A DNA stretch of 61,618 nucleotides, filler included, from Basidiobolus ranarum (Eukaryota): NCBI GenBank assembly GCA_040143965.1. It is 17 parts of 17 records of this genome, joined end to end, with 100 filler letters (N's around TTAATTAATTAA, not from the genome) between each part and the next. Parts side by side here need not be neighbours in the genome. Positions count along the whole stretch, not along the records: positions 1 to 3,550 come from JASJQH010009298.1; positions 3,651 to 7,194 come from JASJQH010009299.1; positions 7,295 to 10,837 come from JASJQH010009300.1; positions 10,938 to 14,476 come from JASJQH010009301.1; 13 more parts are not named here. The stretch is one strand, 5' to 3'. A program made the translations under genes and the position numbers. The notes beneath the pieces were generated by a model. It saw only the letters and a program-made list of their open reading frames with translations. It did no database searches and was not told where the DNA came from. Below are positions 1 to 11,279 of this stretch, in pieces. Position 1 is the stretch's first letter. Every line of letters begins with the position of its first letter.

Positions 1-1227
1 CAGCCAAATGATCAACCTTAAAGTCAATGCAAAGGCTGTTTTTCCTACCAGGTGCATCAACGACATCCAGCGTAGTAGGAAGACGGCCCCACTTTGATAA
101 GGAACCATGTTTTGATCTAGAAGACTAAATCCTACATTATTGAATGCCGAAATGGTGACGAAAAATGAGAACCACCAGGGGTTGATCGGCGCAGGGTTTT
201 CGTTTCCATTATGTGTTAGAGTGTTCGTGGTCATTTCAGGAGACAACGCAAACCAAAGACGGATAAGTAAGCCGATCACCAGCTGAAAACCAATAAAATA
301 AATGGGTAGTATCTTTTGAAGTGTCAGCAATCCACGATACTCCAGACCCCCAAGTGCCATCTTATCTTTGTAAGGAAGTTGGAAGGAGGAGGCTGTGGCT
401 GCGGTCTCTGTTCGCTCCAATGGGTTATCGAAATTGGTATTAGCACCTGGTGGTCGCTCTGGATATTGCTGTGATAAGAATTGCCTTTTCAGGCGAGCAA
501 GTTCGCGTTGATTATCTACTTCAGGTGCGTAGGCAATCGACCTTCCTGTCGTTGTGTTGATAGTGTCATTGACTTGTGAATGCTCATTATCCTCCGCAGA
601 CCATTGATAAGGGCTCTGGTCCGCACTATTTTCTATATTGCTTGAGGTATTATTGACTTGTCGCTGCCTTACACCCTCTTGCTGAAACATGTTCTCAAGT
701 GGACTATTATATTGACCCATTTCTAGTACTCTCTCATCTTGGTTTTCTCCTACTGGGGAACTTAGCTGTATGCCAGTGACTGTCTCGAGAGCATATGGAA
801 ATATTTCGGACTTGCGACGAGTGAGTTTTGCTTCTTTGCTGTTCTTTCTAACTTCCATTACGACCTCTTGGAATTTCTGGTTAAACCAATACCTACGGAT
901 CTGTACTAAACCCATGGCTACAAACACTTGAGAGCCCAGAAGCATCAATATAAACAGTAAAGTTTGTTGATAAATAGAGAAAGTGGATACATTATAAGTG
1001 CTTAGACCGGTAAGTGTCATAGCAGATGCAGAGAAAAATAGAGCATCGATGTAAGGTAGTTGACGGCCTTTGGAGTCTTCTATGTAAAGTAGTCCAGAGA
1101 AAATGAATATCGTAAAAAAGAAGTAAAGGAAATGAACCCTAAAGAAAGTCAATCTGTTTGCGCAAAAGACTTGCACTTTCTTGAATAGTTTATGACAGTA
1201 ATGTTTTGCCCGACGGTAAGTCACCAT
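1..1227 (-). CDS. TRK1: Trk-family potassium transporter, N-terminal part (runs off the window start)
   Basis: Manual translation from ATG at 1227: MVTYRRAK...FFRVHFLYF...YIDALFFSASAMTLTGLST (pore loop 1)...LGGLEYRGL...NPWWFSFFVTISAFNNVGFSL (pore loop 2)...LRLIIWL. These are fungal Trk hallmarks. Frame spot-checked rather than read in full; absent from the ORF track because it has no stop inside the window. Confidence 0.9.
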   Translation of the reverse strand, partial: MVTYRRAKHYCHKLFKKVQVFCANRLTFFRVHFLYFFFTIFIFSGLLYIEDSKGRQLPYIDALFFSASAMTLTGLSTYNVSTFSIYQQTLLFILMLLGSQVFVAMGLVQIRRYWFNQKFQEVVMEVRKNSKEAKLTRRKSEIFPYALETVTGIQLSSPVGENQDERVLEMGQYNSPLENMFQQEGVRQRQVNNTSSNIENSADQSPYQWSAEDNEHSQVNDTINTTTGRSIAYAPEVDNQRELARLKRQFLSQQYPERPPGANTNFDNPLERTETAATASSFQLPYKDKMALGGLEYRGLLTLQKILPIYFIGFQLVIGLLIRLWFALSPEMTTNTLTHNGNENPAPINPWWFSFFVTISAFNNVGFSLLDQNMVPYQSGAVFLLRWMSLMHLVGKTAFALTLRLIIWL

Positions 1228-2331
1228 GATGGAAGTAACATTCAAGAATCAAAGATGAACTATTAAATGAGGGTTATGGATTCTCTTGCTTTGTTTAGAA
1301 TTATTCTACTTACTCACCTTGAAACGTTAATATGCTGGTCAAACTAGATTCGTCATGTATCAGACCAAGTGGTTGCCTATATTTAGAAAAACAAGTACCA
1401 CTACCTTACCAGATCTATTGACCAATGAGATATGTCGAAATTCTAATGACGGTTGATTTTTCGACGTTTTGCCGCTCTTAAGCCGAAGAACATACACATA
1501 GTATTTTTACTAGTAACACACAATTTTCATGAACCATCTTAATAATACCTAAAGCAACTTCGATTTCGCCTAAATTCAATCCAGAGCCATTATTAGTGTC
1601 CAAAATTAAAACAAAGCAGTTCCCTCTAAACAAGCTCCTGCAATCTAGTCAACTTGCAATTGTGGCTCACGAGGTTATTCCAATATGAATCGAGAAAAGG
1701 AAATACTGACGGCAATGAGCAAAAAAGGTGGAGATGAAATTATGCAAAGGATGTTTATCTATCTCGACAACTAGCACAGCATTTATATTATGCTCGATAT
1801 CCAAATGCACACTTTTGGTCAGAATATTGGCCAACACACGCTTAGGTCAGGCAAGTCAGATTTCCATATATTTGAACTGGAAATACTATTTGAAACTAAT
1901 GTGCCGATCCATGAAAGTAATCAAGGTGAAGGGTCGAAGTTGTGATTGAAAGAGGATCTTTACAAGACCATTTTGGACGAAAAATGGTCACCTGTAGCTG
2001 CGGAGGAGTACCATATGGACCCTTCGTGCTATGAAAGAAATCCTTGTAAACCGAATTCAGGTATCAGCAGTATCCTTGGATAGTTTCACCGAATTTGGAT
2101 ATCAATCTAATAAAGATATTTATTGATCAATGAATAAGAAACTCAAGTCATGGTGCCTATTCTCAATCGCCTTTAATTTGACTGTCATAAAATTTTGATT
2201 TCCAAAGGATTTGCTTACTCTGTTACATAATCAGTGAGAAGAGTAAACTTTCATAGTAGGTTCCATTTCTTACATACACAGTTTGTTCAACCTGTTTGAC
2301 ACCATATTACCTACCTATAAGCTGAGATACT

Positions 2332-3240
2332 ATGGCTCAAGCTGAGGATCCTAATGCCAGACGGTCTCAACCGGAACTTGTAGCGACGACAGGGTACGAG
2401 GTTATGGAGGCAGATGAAAACGTTGAAACCGATGCCTATTTGTCGGATGAAACTATCATACTAGATAATTTCGTGACGAAAGTAACTTTGGGTGCTAAAT
2501 CATTAGACAATGTGGAGGTAACGGAGAGGAACAATGTGGTCAAAGTAGATTCAGGGGTCCCATCCGACACATTTAATGTGATTATTCCAATGTCGAAGGG
2601 TACAGAAAACTCCTTCCAAGAGTTGCTACGATCTGTTCAAACATTACAAATGAAAGGCTTCCCAATGAGTATATGGGTCGATGATCGCTTTATATCTTGT
2701 CACCTTACCAGTATGCTAAAAACGATGGGGTTTCAGGAAGCAGAAAGTAATATAACAATGAGAAAGAATATTTCAAGCAATATCCTGCCGTTTGAGACTT
2801 TAAAAGGTACATTGGACATACGACAAGTTATGAGTGCCGTGGACGTTCTAATCTACAGTGATATATTCAAATCATTGTTTGGAGATTCTATTGAATCGAA
2901 AGCAATTGGTGAGTATTTTAACAAAGTTGCTCTGATATTTGATTCCAGCCAAAGTGCTGTCCAAATGTATATTGGCTTTGCCAATGGCAGAGCGGTGTCC
3001 ACTGGTTGCATTGTAGAAGCTGACCATAGTTATGGTATATATGATTTGATTACCAAAGAGAAGGAACGAGGTAAAGGGTATGGAAGTGCAATGTTTCAGT
3101 ACTTACTAAATCAGTTAGATGGGTCTAAACACAAACCATGTATTTTGCAAGCCTCTCCTGATGGGCTAGGAATCTATAAAAAAGCTGGTTTTGAATCAAT
3201 TGGAGAGATGATTGTATTTGAAGCAAAATGTAGACTTTAA
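2332..3240 (+). CDS. GNAT-family N-acetyltransferase, intronless, bacterial-like
   Basis: 302-aa ORF. The C-terminal GNAT fold has the acetyl-CoA motif GIYDLIT..ERGKGYGS and LQASPDGLGIYKKAGF. The N-terminal half contains DSGVPSDTFNVI. Confidence 0.85.
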   Translation: MAQAEDPNARRSQPELVATTGYEVMEADENVETDAYLSDETIILDNFVTKVTLGAKSLDNVEVTERNNVVKVDSGVPSDTFNVIIPMSKGTENSFQELLRSVQTLQMKGFPMSIWVDDRFISCHLTSMLKTMGFQEAESNITMRKNISSNILPFETLKGTLDIRQVMSAVDVLIYSDIFKSLFGDSIESKAIGEYFNKVALIFDSSQSAVQMYIGFANGRAVSTGCIVEADHSYGIYDLITKEKERGKGYGSAMFQYLLNQLDGSKHKPCILQASPDGLGIYKKAGFESIGEMIVFEAKCRL

Positions 3241-3550
3241 AAGAAATGATTTCTTGATAAATGCAAACTACTATGTGATAGTTTGTGAAACTTTGATATT
3301 TCCATATATCATTGCATTTAGTATTTGTTTTACTATTCTGATGCCTGATATTATATACTATAAGTAATCATGAAATCTTAGGGGGGATGAAAAGCACCAG
3401 ATGGTGTGGACTTTATTTAGCTTAAATACTAATCTAAATAAAGTGACAATCAAGATATCAATCTTTTAAGATATTGTGACAATACTGGATCATATCCATA
3501 CTTAACCTGATGACCAATGTAATCAAGCTCAGAGGATGTAAATATAGTGT

Positions 3551-3650
3551 NNNNNNNNNNNNNNNNNNNNNNNNNNNNNNNNNNNNNNNNNNNNTTAATT
3601 AATTAANNNNNNNNNNNNNNNNNNNNNNNNNNNNNNNNNNNNNNNNNNNN
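3551..3650. other. Artificial assembly linker (N44-TTAATTAATTAA-N44), first of 16
   Basis: Identical 100-nt spacers with stops in all six frames start at 3551, 7195, 10838, 14477, 18112, 21747, 25381, 29010, 32636, 36261, 39886, 43510, 47134, 50757, 54378 and 57999. Contig lengths never increase along the window. Confidence 0.99.
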
Positions 3651-6600
3651 TAATTCAGTTGCTCCGCTGCGGACATTGAGTATTTCTTAAAACAATTCCC
3701 ACTTTAGCGCCCAAATTATCTCTTTAAATCTATCCTGTTACACAGCAGATGATTAAGGATGACATCAATCTGGTGTAGAATGGCTCATTTCCCCTGACTC
3801 TTCCCATCTATGTTTCATTGTTTGGCCCACTTTATTCGTAGTTCATTAGCATTCTACATTAACTAGGTATAAAAAGGGCAAATCACTTTGTGGTGATGTT
3901 GATATCTATAACCAATACAGAGACCAATCCAATTCTTGACCGAAGTGGAAATTGATGCTTTGGTCACTATTACTTGAGCAATCCATAGACTCGGTTGATC
4001 ATACGTTCTGTTTAATATGAGCAGTGGCTGTTCAAACGGATCTCCAATAAAAGAGGAGCTTGTTCGGCTATAAATATATCGGTTTCAATTGTAATTTCAG
4101 GGATAGGCCAAGTGATTGTTGCTACTACTTCACAATACAGAATACTCTAGAAGTCCCTATGCAACTGTAACTTTGGACATATCATATGATGTCATAGCAG
4201 TAAGTTTGCTTGCACTTCGATGCTCGTTTGTACATGAATATCAACTGTTCAGATTCCTCAAGGATATCACGTGAATTTAGGAGCAGCCTATGTATGATGT
4301 GGACAACGATGACCTTTCATTGGGGGTTCGAGAAGGAAATACTTATGCAATAGATATAGGATGTGGTAAGAGTCAGAGTGTGAAAGGAATATTTCATTTT
4401 GTTCAGTGCTTCTACAATGGTAACTAATTAATTTGGCGTTCCATCCAAGACAATTTTCTCACAAGGTGTACATGCTATTCAACGTAGAGGATTGTGGAGT
4501 GCTAGTTGCTAAGATAAAGACCTCTAGGATTCTGCAAGACAGGTTTGATATTACTTCGACATTAGCTAACTATATAATTCATCTGAATATGAATTTTCTA
4601 TCTATATTCAATGGTATCTTCAGAATTGCCAATGCTTAGCAATTTGAGGAAATCGTGGTGTTTGTGTTGGGTAATAAACATTGTATGACATCATTGCGCT
4701 TGTATCCGGTTTGCTTGAGCTGAACAACTGAAACGAATTTCGGGTTTTAAAGTTTCGATCTCTAAGAGGCTCTGAAAACCAGAAGCAAAGTTTTGGCCAT
4801 GCTCAATGTGGTAATCTATCTACAAGCAGGTCCAATTATAGAACTGTTGAGTCATTGAGCCTTTGTAGATGTTAATATGATCGCTGATATCGCTAGGTGT
4901 GGAAATACATTTATCCAAAAAGCAATGGTGATGTTGGTATGAAGGACGCTGTTGCCCGATTTATCATGAGTCGCCGAGTAAGCAAGAATGTTTATCTTGG
5001 ACCAGAAATGCTGAATATTAGAGTGTATACTTTTACATTGCACCTGTTAAAAAATGTTTACTGACAGATCCAACAGCTCGCATCATACTTCTTTAATTTC
5101 ATTTACAAGCTTAGGAGGTAACGAAGAGATAAATACTCCGCTCAGGTTTTCTTTCAAATACAACTCTGCATTCAGGTGGTGCGAACTATAGGCTAAAGAC
5201 ATCATTCACTTCAGGGAAGATGCCTATATAAGCCCTAATGACACATACAGTTGGTTATTTTTATTGCCAATTTTAAGCTGGAGTCATTTTGCAAGAGTCG
5301 TACATAAGATAGTGATACATGTATCGAATCAACATCCACTACAAACTTACTATGCCAACACCACGATTACCGCTCTTTAATTCTCCATGTTATTTTTAGA
5401 ATCTATGACATCACAGTCAAAACTCTCACTTTTGTCAGATGTATGAGCCCGACTTTTAGACCACTTTGTTTACATGCGCTAGAGTGCCGTTAATAGGCTG
5501 GAGAAGCAAGAAGAGAGGCGAGGGTGGGGATGGATTGCATATGATCGTTTGAAAGTGAAAAATAATGTATGCGATTTTGAGTTTCTTTGCAGTGAGAATT
5601 CAATTGTGGGCACAAAGCTCAAGTTTTTGCCACTTGGCGACCGAAACTTCTATAACGATTTCTCGTGTGGTATCTACATAGAGAGTAGGGTAATCTCAAT
5701 ATGGCGAATCCTACGGCCTAAACCCAGGTATCCTGTATATTTGCTCAGTGCTCTCTCCTTACTTCGCTCCTATAATTCGTCCTTAAATTCTTCGAAATAC
5801 TCCAGAAGCAACAATGTCAACATCAATAAATTATCTCGCTTCATGTGCATTCTGTCATGACATCATCCAGAGAGGATTTTCAAATAAGATGGCTCTGAGC
5901 ACGAGCAAGTACAGAAGTGGATCAACCTTCAACAATAATTAAGAGTGTTTAGTTGAAGCAAATTGATGTTACAGCCTATTCAAATAAATTCCTTCACTTG
6001 ATCTTCAAAAGCGTCATAGTCAGTTGCCAGATCTGATCATTGGAAACAAAGTGAAAACCATGTTACTACTTTACTTATTGGAGTGCAAATAGTACTCATT
6101 GAAAATTCAACCATTACTCAATGAAAGAAACAGATAACAAACAGAAATGATCTCATCAAGCTTGTAATCTCTAGAAAAGTTGGCACGCTTTGAAACCATC
6201 AAATACGCTCTTGTGATGGAACAGAAAACAATGTTAAATACGAGGGGAATGAGCACAGGAAATATGCACCATTTCAGAGATATTATCGTAAAGTTACGTA
6301 CTTGCTTCAAAAACCATCCTGACAAGCAATATCCATCAATAAACTTTCTAGCTTCGTTTGAGATGAATATGAATGCAAGTTTAGCATTCCTGCTAGTAAA
6401 TTAAATTAACGAATAGTTTGTACTTGATCTCGAGACAGATTGTCATGGTCTTGTTCATTGCGACTCTATATCTCCTCCTCCTGCAGTCTGGTACATTGTA
6501 CAATATGTCCTTTGCTTTGGAAAATTATCCACACTTGTAGGATCCCATGAATTTTATTCTCTCAATGAGCACATTCAAATATTGTGCAATGTATGTTTAT

Positions 6601-6801
6601 TTTCTCAAGATCTATGGGAAAATGCGCTATAAAACGACGACCATCTCATTTTTTTAGAGTGTGCTCCTCGGTTTAGATCACTTCTTCCATTCCCTTTTCA
6701 TCTTTGGTATTTCAAACGCTCTTGGCATTATAGTACTCTCATTCATTTTGAAAATATAGAGCGTACAAAAATTCCCAAAATTTGCCCGCTAAAAACGACA
6801 A

Positions 6802-7194
6802 ATGCCACAAGACATCTCACCACCATCATCAGCCCAAATACCTGACTCTAGAGAGCAGACAACCTCTACCTATGTTCTGTTCTGTGCATTTACCGCCATA
6901 ATCGGCGGATTCAATGCTGGGTATAACGCAGGCGTCCCTAACATCTCCCAGGATACTATTATTAATTGTACTCCTAATCCGAATTCCTCGTCTTACTTCC
7001 CTGATTGCTTACCCATGACTCCATGGACTTGGTAAGTGTTAATATTAAATACAATGCATCTCTTCCATTATGACCAAAGAGATTGCTAGATAAATGTTAA
7101 CATTTGATAATATGTAGCGGCTTCGCTGTAGGTGTTTTCGCAATTGGAGGATTAATTGGCAGTACGCTAGCGGGTAGTCGCACAGCCCGATTCG
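6802..7194 (+). CDS. MFS sugar porter (GLUT/SLC2A-like), 5' part; exons 6802-7031 and 7118->7194
   Basis: TM1 AIIGGFNAGYNAGVPN, then a GTAAGT...TAG intron at 7032-7117, then GFAVGVFAIGGLIGSTLAG..ARFG (TM2 and the start of the MFS A motif). Truncated by the contig end. Confidence 0.85.
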
Positions 7195-7816
7195 NNNNNN
7201 NNNNNNNNNNNNNNNNNNNNNNNNNNNNNNNNNNNNNNTTAATTAATTAANNNNNNNNNNNNNNNNNNNNNNNNNNNNNNNNNNNNNNNNNNNNAGATGA
7301 GTAAAAGCCTACGAAAGCCAGCTCTAAATTTAAAATAACTCCTATTTTTATTGATGTATTTCGAATTGTGAGGGGTTATTTCATAAATTACGAAACTCAA
7401 AGTCAGTGGATTAATCGAAATCCATACTTAGTTTACTAGGGGCAAAACTCAAAACAGGGATGCCACTAAATGCCAAAAGTAAGAAACTTCTTAATAAATA
7501 TCTGTAACCAAGTTGTTTTTTCCAAATGACGATAATTTAAGATTCTTTAAATATAGATATTTTAAATTCGATTTTTAAAATCTTCATTTTATTGGATGAA
7601 TTGAGGAGTTTGAGAAACCATTTCTGATATTGGGGATTTTTTTTTCTTCTTTCCTTGACCAATGAAATTGAATTTCTCACATAGATCATCGAACAATGAA
7701 AAAAGTGAAACTATTTAAACACGGCTTCATCTCTTTGTGTTCCTTACTTCTCCGCTCCATTAAGCGTGTTCATAAGGTATTTAATCAATGTTCGATTTAC
7801 TTCTATCCCCAATCTC

Positions 7817-7893
7817 TTCAAATGATGATCCAAACTCAGACCTGTTCTGAACACACATGTGGACAACATACATTGCCTTTTATTCTGATTTTT
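7817..7893 (+). ncRNA. Box C/D snoRNA, snR56/SNORD25(U25)-like, copy 1
   Basis: C box ATGATGA 7822-7828, guide CAGACCTGTT, D' CTGA 7847-7850, C' ATGTGGA 7857-7863, D CTGA 7885-7888. The guide is complementary to the conserved 18S sequence AACAGGUCUG. Confidence 0.85.
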
Positions 7894-8027
7894 ATGCAAA
7901 TTTTAACCATCATATTGTTATCGAACTGTATCTGACTTTTTCAAATTACTAGACCTTGGGTATATCACTCATCCTTATGGAATACGTATTTGTAAATAAT
8001 GTAAGTAATGTCCCTAGCTATATGTTC

Positions 8028-8114
8028 AAAATTCTCAGTGATGATCAACATTTCAGACCTGTTCTGAGTCCATAATGCGGATAACCTATATTGCCTTTAA
8101 TCTGACGAGAATTT
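8028..8114 (+). ncRNA. Box C/D snoRNA, snR56/SNORD25-like, copy 2
   Basis: C GTGATGA 8038-8044, same guide, D' CTGA 8064-8067, C' ATGCGGA 8075-8081, D CTGA 8102-8105. Terminal stem AAATTCTC/GAGAATTT. Confidence 0.9.
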
Positions 8115-8246
8115 TTTGAACATCATGTCATATTCTTATGAACCCACTCTAATCAATTTCTCTTTCAGATATGAACCTCTTATGATGTATTGACTAGAAG
8201 CGCTCGATTGACTTCGTTGTTGATTAGGTAAATATCATTCTGTAAT

Positions 8247-8336
8247 AGTGCCTTAATGATGATTCAAAACTCAGACCTGTTCCAAGTAAACATATGCGGA
8301 CAAACAAGTTATTGCCTAATGTTTCTGAAAAGCACT
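8247..8336 (+). ncRNA. Box C/D snoRNA, snR56/SNORD25-like, copy 3 (variant D' box CCAA)
   Basis: C ATGATGA 8256-8262, same guide, D' CCAA 8282-8285, C' ATGCGGA 8294-8300, D CTGA 8325-8328. Terminal stem AGTGC/GCACT. Confidence 0.85.
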
Positions 8337-8460
8337 TGAATTGCAAACATTTTAGAGTCTATTCTAACAGTTTATTAGTAATTTCAGATATGAAATGTCG
8401 TGTAAAATAATACCGCAACGATGAGCACAATGTAAGTTAAAATTCATGTTCATAAACCAA

Positions 8461-8546
8461 AACTATTGAAGTGATGATACAAATCTCAGACCTGTTCTGA
8501 ATACACATGTGGACAACATATATTGCCAAATACCTGATTAATAGTT
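8461..8546 (+). ncRNA. Box C/D snoRNA, snR56/SNORD25-like, copy 4
   Basis: C GTGATGA 8471-8477, same guide, D' CTGA 8497-8500, C' ATGTGGA 8507-8513, D CTGA 8534-8537. Terminal stem AACTATT/AATAGTT. Confidence 0.9.
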
Positions 8547-8686
8547 GCACCCTAATTTATAAATGTTCATTCGTTACAACATACTAATTTATTTATTGCT
8601 TACAGGGATAACATATGCTCAGAAGATTATTGTGTATAACATACTCAAATAAAAAAATTGTAATACTATATTTTTATCTTTATTAT

Positions 8687-9860
8687 TTAAAAAATCAAAT
8701 AATTGGTTTTACGTTTGGTGATTAGAGTAGTAGCCAAATGAAATATCAACAAATTTCTAGCTTGTATCGCATCTAGTTCTTTAAAACCATTTTCAAAGAT
8801 AAATTTTCTTCCTGAACAACCTAGCCTTGCTTTCTCGATAATAGTGATCATCAAAATTATGACTTCAAAAGCATCTTGAGACAGTGACAATGGGCATTTG
8901 GTTGCTCCATGATGAGATAGTTTCTCGATTAGGGAATCTGAAATGGAGCCAGTGCTTGCTAAAATTAATCCATCTACGTTTTCTAAAAGTTGTTCGAGTA
9001 TAAAGGTAGACATGTAACAGTCAATAAGACAACGAGCTGGTTGGACAGTACCTCTTGATTTACATGAATCGAAGAGAGCAGGTAAGATATAGAATGGTGA
9101 TAACGAGGAGTTCCTTGGTGTATTTGTCCTACAGGTCCGGTAGGCACTGACTTAAAGGAGACCTGGATGTCGCCTTGGGTAATATATAGAACAGAGTGAA
9201 TATCATTATTGATATAGACCAAAACACGTTTTAGACCACTTCTTCAAAGCAATCTGGAGAAGGATAGAGATATCAGTCATCAGTGAATATTAGCACTAGT
9301 TTAAAAAAACTCCAATCTATCAAGTATACCTGAATGGCTCCTTTGATAGTGGAAAAACCTTCATATCCTAAAATATCAGCTGGTTTCATCGAACCAGTGT
9401 TAACTAAGGATACATCCTTTTCAATTAACCATTTTCTTAGATATAAGTCCAGACAGAAAGCAACTTCTTCTATAATATCAGTTCCTACTACCAAAACAAC
9501 CGAAGAGATATTTGCAGATTGTGAATAGCATCTTTAACTTTAGAAATGGTTTCAAAGGTGAGCTCAGCTCCACTTGAACATCCTAAATCAACTACTATCG
9601 GATTTATACAACCTCTTATACGAGAACTCAAGGATATCAAAAGCTCTAAGGTGTTTATAGACAAGTGCATCTCCCCATTTCCGTTGGTGTTTTGAAGGAT
9701 AGCTTCACCAGTAACTATGACTAGTATACTGAAGAGTCAGTCATATTCTAAAGTAAAAGCGTTGGATAAATTAGAATCATGCGCACCGCTATCAGATATA
9801 CGTTGCCATAGCATTTGAATTTGACTATCAGAAATATGAAATTGTAGAGATTCTATCTAC
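8687..9860 (-). pseudogene. Disrupted, intron-containing class I SAM-dependent methyltransferase-like gene
   Basis: Minus-strand ORF pieces contain IVVDLGCSSG (motif I-like) and, after a frameshift near 9500-9520, VVGTDI. Upstream frames contain stops. Boundaries uncertain. Confidence 0.4.
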
Positions 9861-11279
9861 CCAATCTCTCGGAATATGCACCATTCCAACCTAAATAAAG
9901 ATGCCTTTAACCACTTCCGCATTCAATAAGTATCTGTGTATTGGTTGGAGGTAGGAATAGTATAATATGTAAGCATCACCTGATACTGTAGAATGCTTTT
10001 GCCTGAAAATTGAAGTCATTTAACCTTAACAAAGCCCGACTAATCATGAGATCCATATTCGACCTTCTTTCTTGGTTATCGGTATTCTAATTATGTGATT
10101 CTCTTATTGTTCTTGACAAGAATTCGAAATAGGAACATTCCTGTTGTTTCAGTATGTTTCTTTGTGTTTCGGATATATTAGGTTATTCACTCCTCAAATA
10201 CATCATTTGAGCTTTCCATCTGTCTTAATTAGCGTAGAGTCCAAGATAGTAAATCTCTAGAGAATCAAGCACCCTGAATATTACCAAGTCATGATTCATT
10301 GGTTTACATTTATAGAATTAAAAAGAGTCGATGATTTAGGAGTATCTGCGATAATATTTAATACGGATAATTTCTTTTCTGAAATACCCGTAAATTAAAC
10401 TTGGCAAAACCCCTTGCTACCAATTTAAGATGACAGGTAACGTACTGTTACTTCCATGACCACCCATGTGATGAGATCAAAGAAGCAACTTTCTAACCCT
10501 TGGATCAGAAAATAGTTACCGAGGAATCATCACCAGTACTCAACTTTAGATAGCCACATAGCAACACTGGTCAAATTGATCTTCTTGAAACAAGTACTGC
10601 AACGTTAACATCATACCAAATGAACGAAACCCCACAGAGTCGGTTTATATTATTGGGATATGGTAATTGTACGTAACACTCAGACTAAAGTGCCGGTGTA
10701 CCTGCCTCGATTTTCACATTCCGAAGTATCTTCACATATACCCCTGGTCTAGATGATGTTCCACAACATTTGAAATAGCCTAATACTGATTAGTGAAGAA
10801 AGGTGCATTGCAGTATATTAAAGTTTAAGAAAGTAACNNNNNNNNNNNNNNNNNNNNNNNNNNNNNNNNNNNNNNNNNNNNTTAATTAATTAANNNNNNN
10901 NNNNNNNNNNNNNNNNNNNNNNNNNNNNNNNNNNNNNTATGATATAATTGAACTTGTCTATTGCCTGTTGAAGAAATGATTACAGACATCTTAACCATAC
11001 CTTCTATTAAAGCACAATTTAAATTATCAAGATATAAGTTGGGTTTAAGAGTAATACAAAAAATTAGTTGAGTGAAATGTTAAAGTTGGATTAACAGCAA
11101 CTCTTTATTTGGTAGTTGGTTTATTCATATTATGATTATTTAGCATGCAACTCTACCATTCTAAAACATGTGCTTGTTGCTGAAATTGATATTAATATCA
11201 ATCAGAACATTTTTACCAGGTTTCACTCTTTCCAATTTTCAATATTTTCTCAAAGATCTCCAAGTCAACTAATATTTTC

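Larger units (their letters stand above)
7730..8660 (+). ncRNA. Spliced non-coding snoRNA host gene with four introns (7777-7952, 8001-8168, 8228-8387, 8432-8605); outer ends approximate
   Basis: Donors GTATTT, GTAAGT, GTAAAT, GTAAGT. Branch-like CTGAC, CTAAT, CTAAC, CTAAT. YAG acceptors. Internal exons are 44-59 nt and the spliced product has only tiny ORFs. Pyrimidine-rich 5' region and AATAAA near 8648. Confidence 0.75.

Noticed and set aside
1-60. Trk motif reads GKTAFA instead of the usual GNT.FP
   Set aside because: It lies at the extreme window edge, where errors cannot be excluded, and both visible pore-loop glycines are normal.
4250-4370. AIDIGC followed by a GTAAGA donor, resembling a methyltransferase exon
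   Set aside because: Too short, surrounded by stops, and no coherent gene model.
7696-7935. 79-aa ORF overlapping snoRNA copy 1
   Set aside because: It reads through the predicted promoter and intron and has no protein-like features. The RNA explanation fits better.
7817-8546. Four regularly spaced repeats as a CRISPR-like array
   Set aside because: Spacers are about 150 nt and contain splice signals, the repeats carry C/D boxes and an rRNA antisense element, the genome is eukaryotic, and there are no cas genes.
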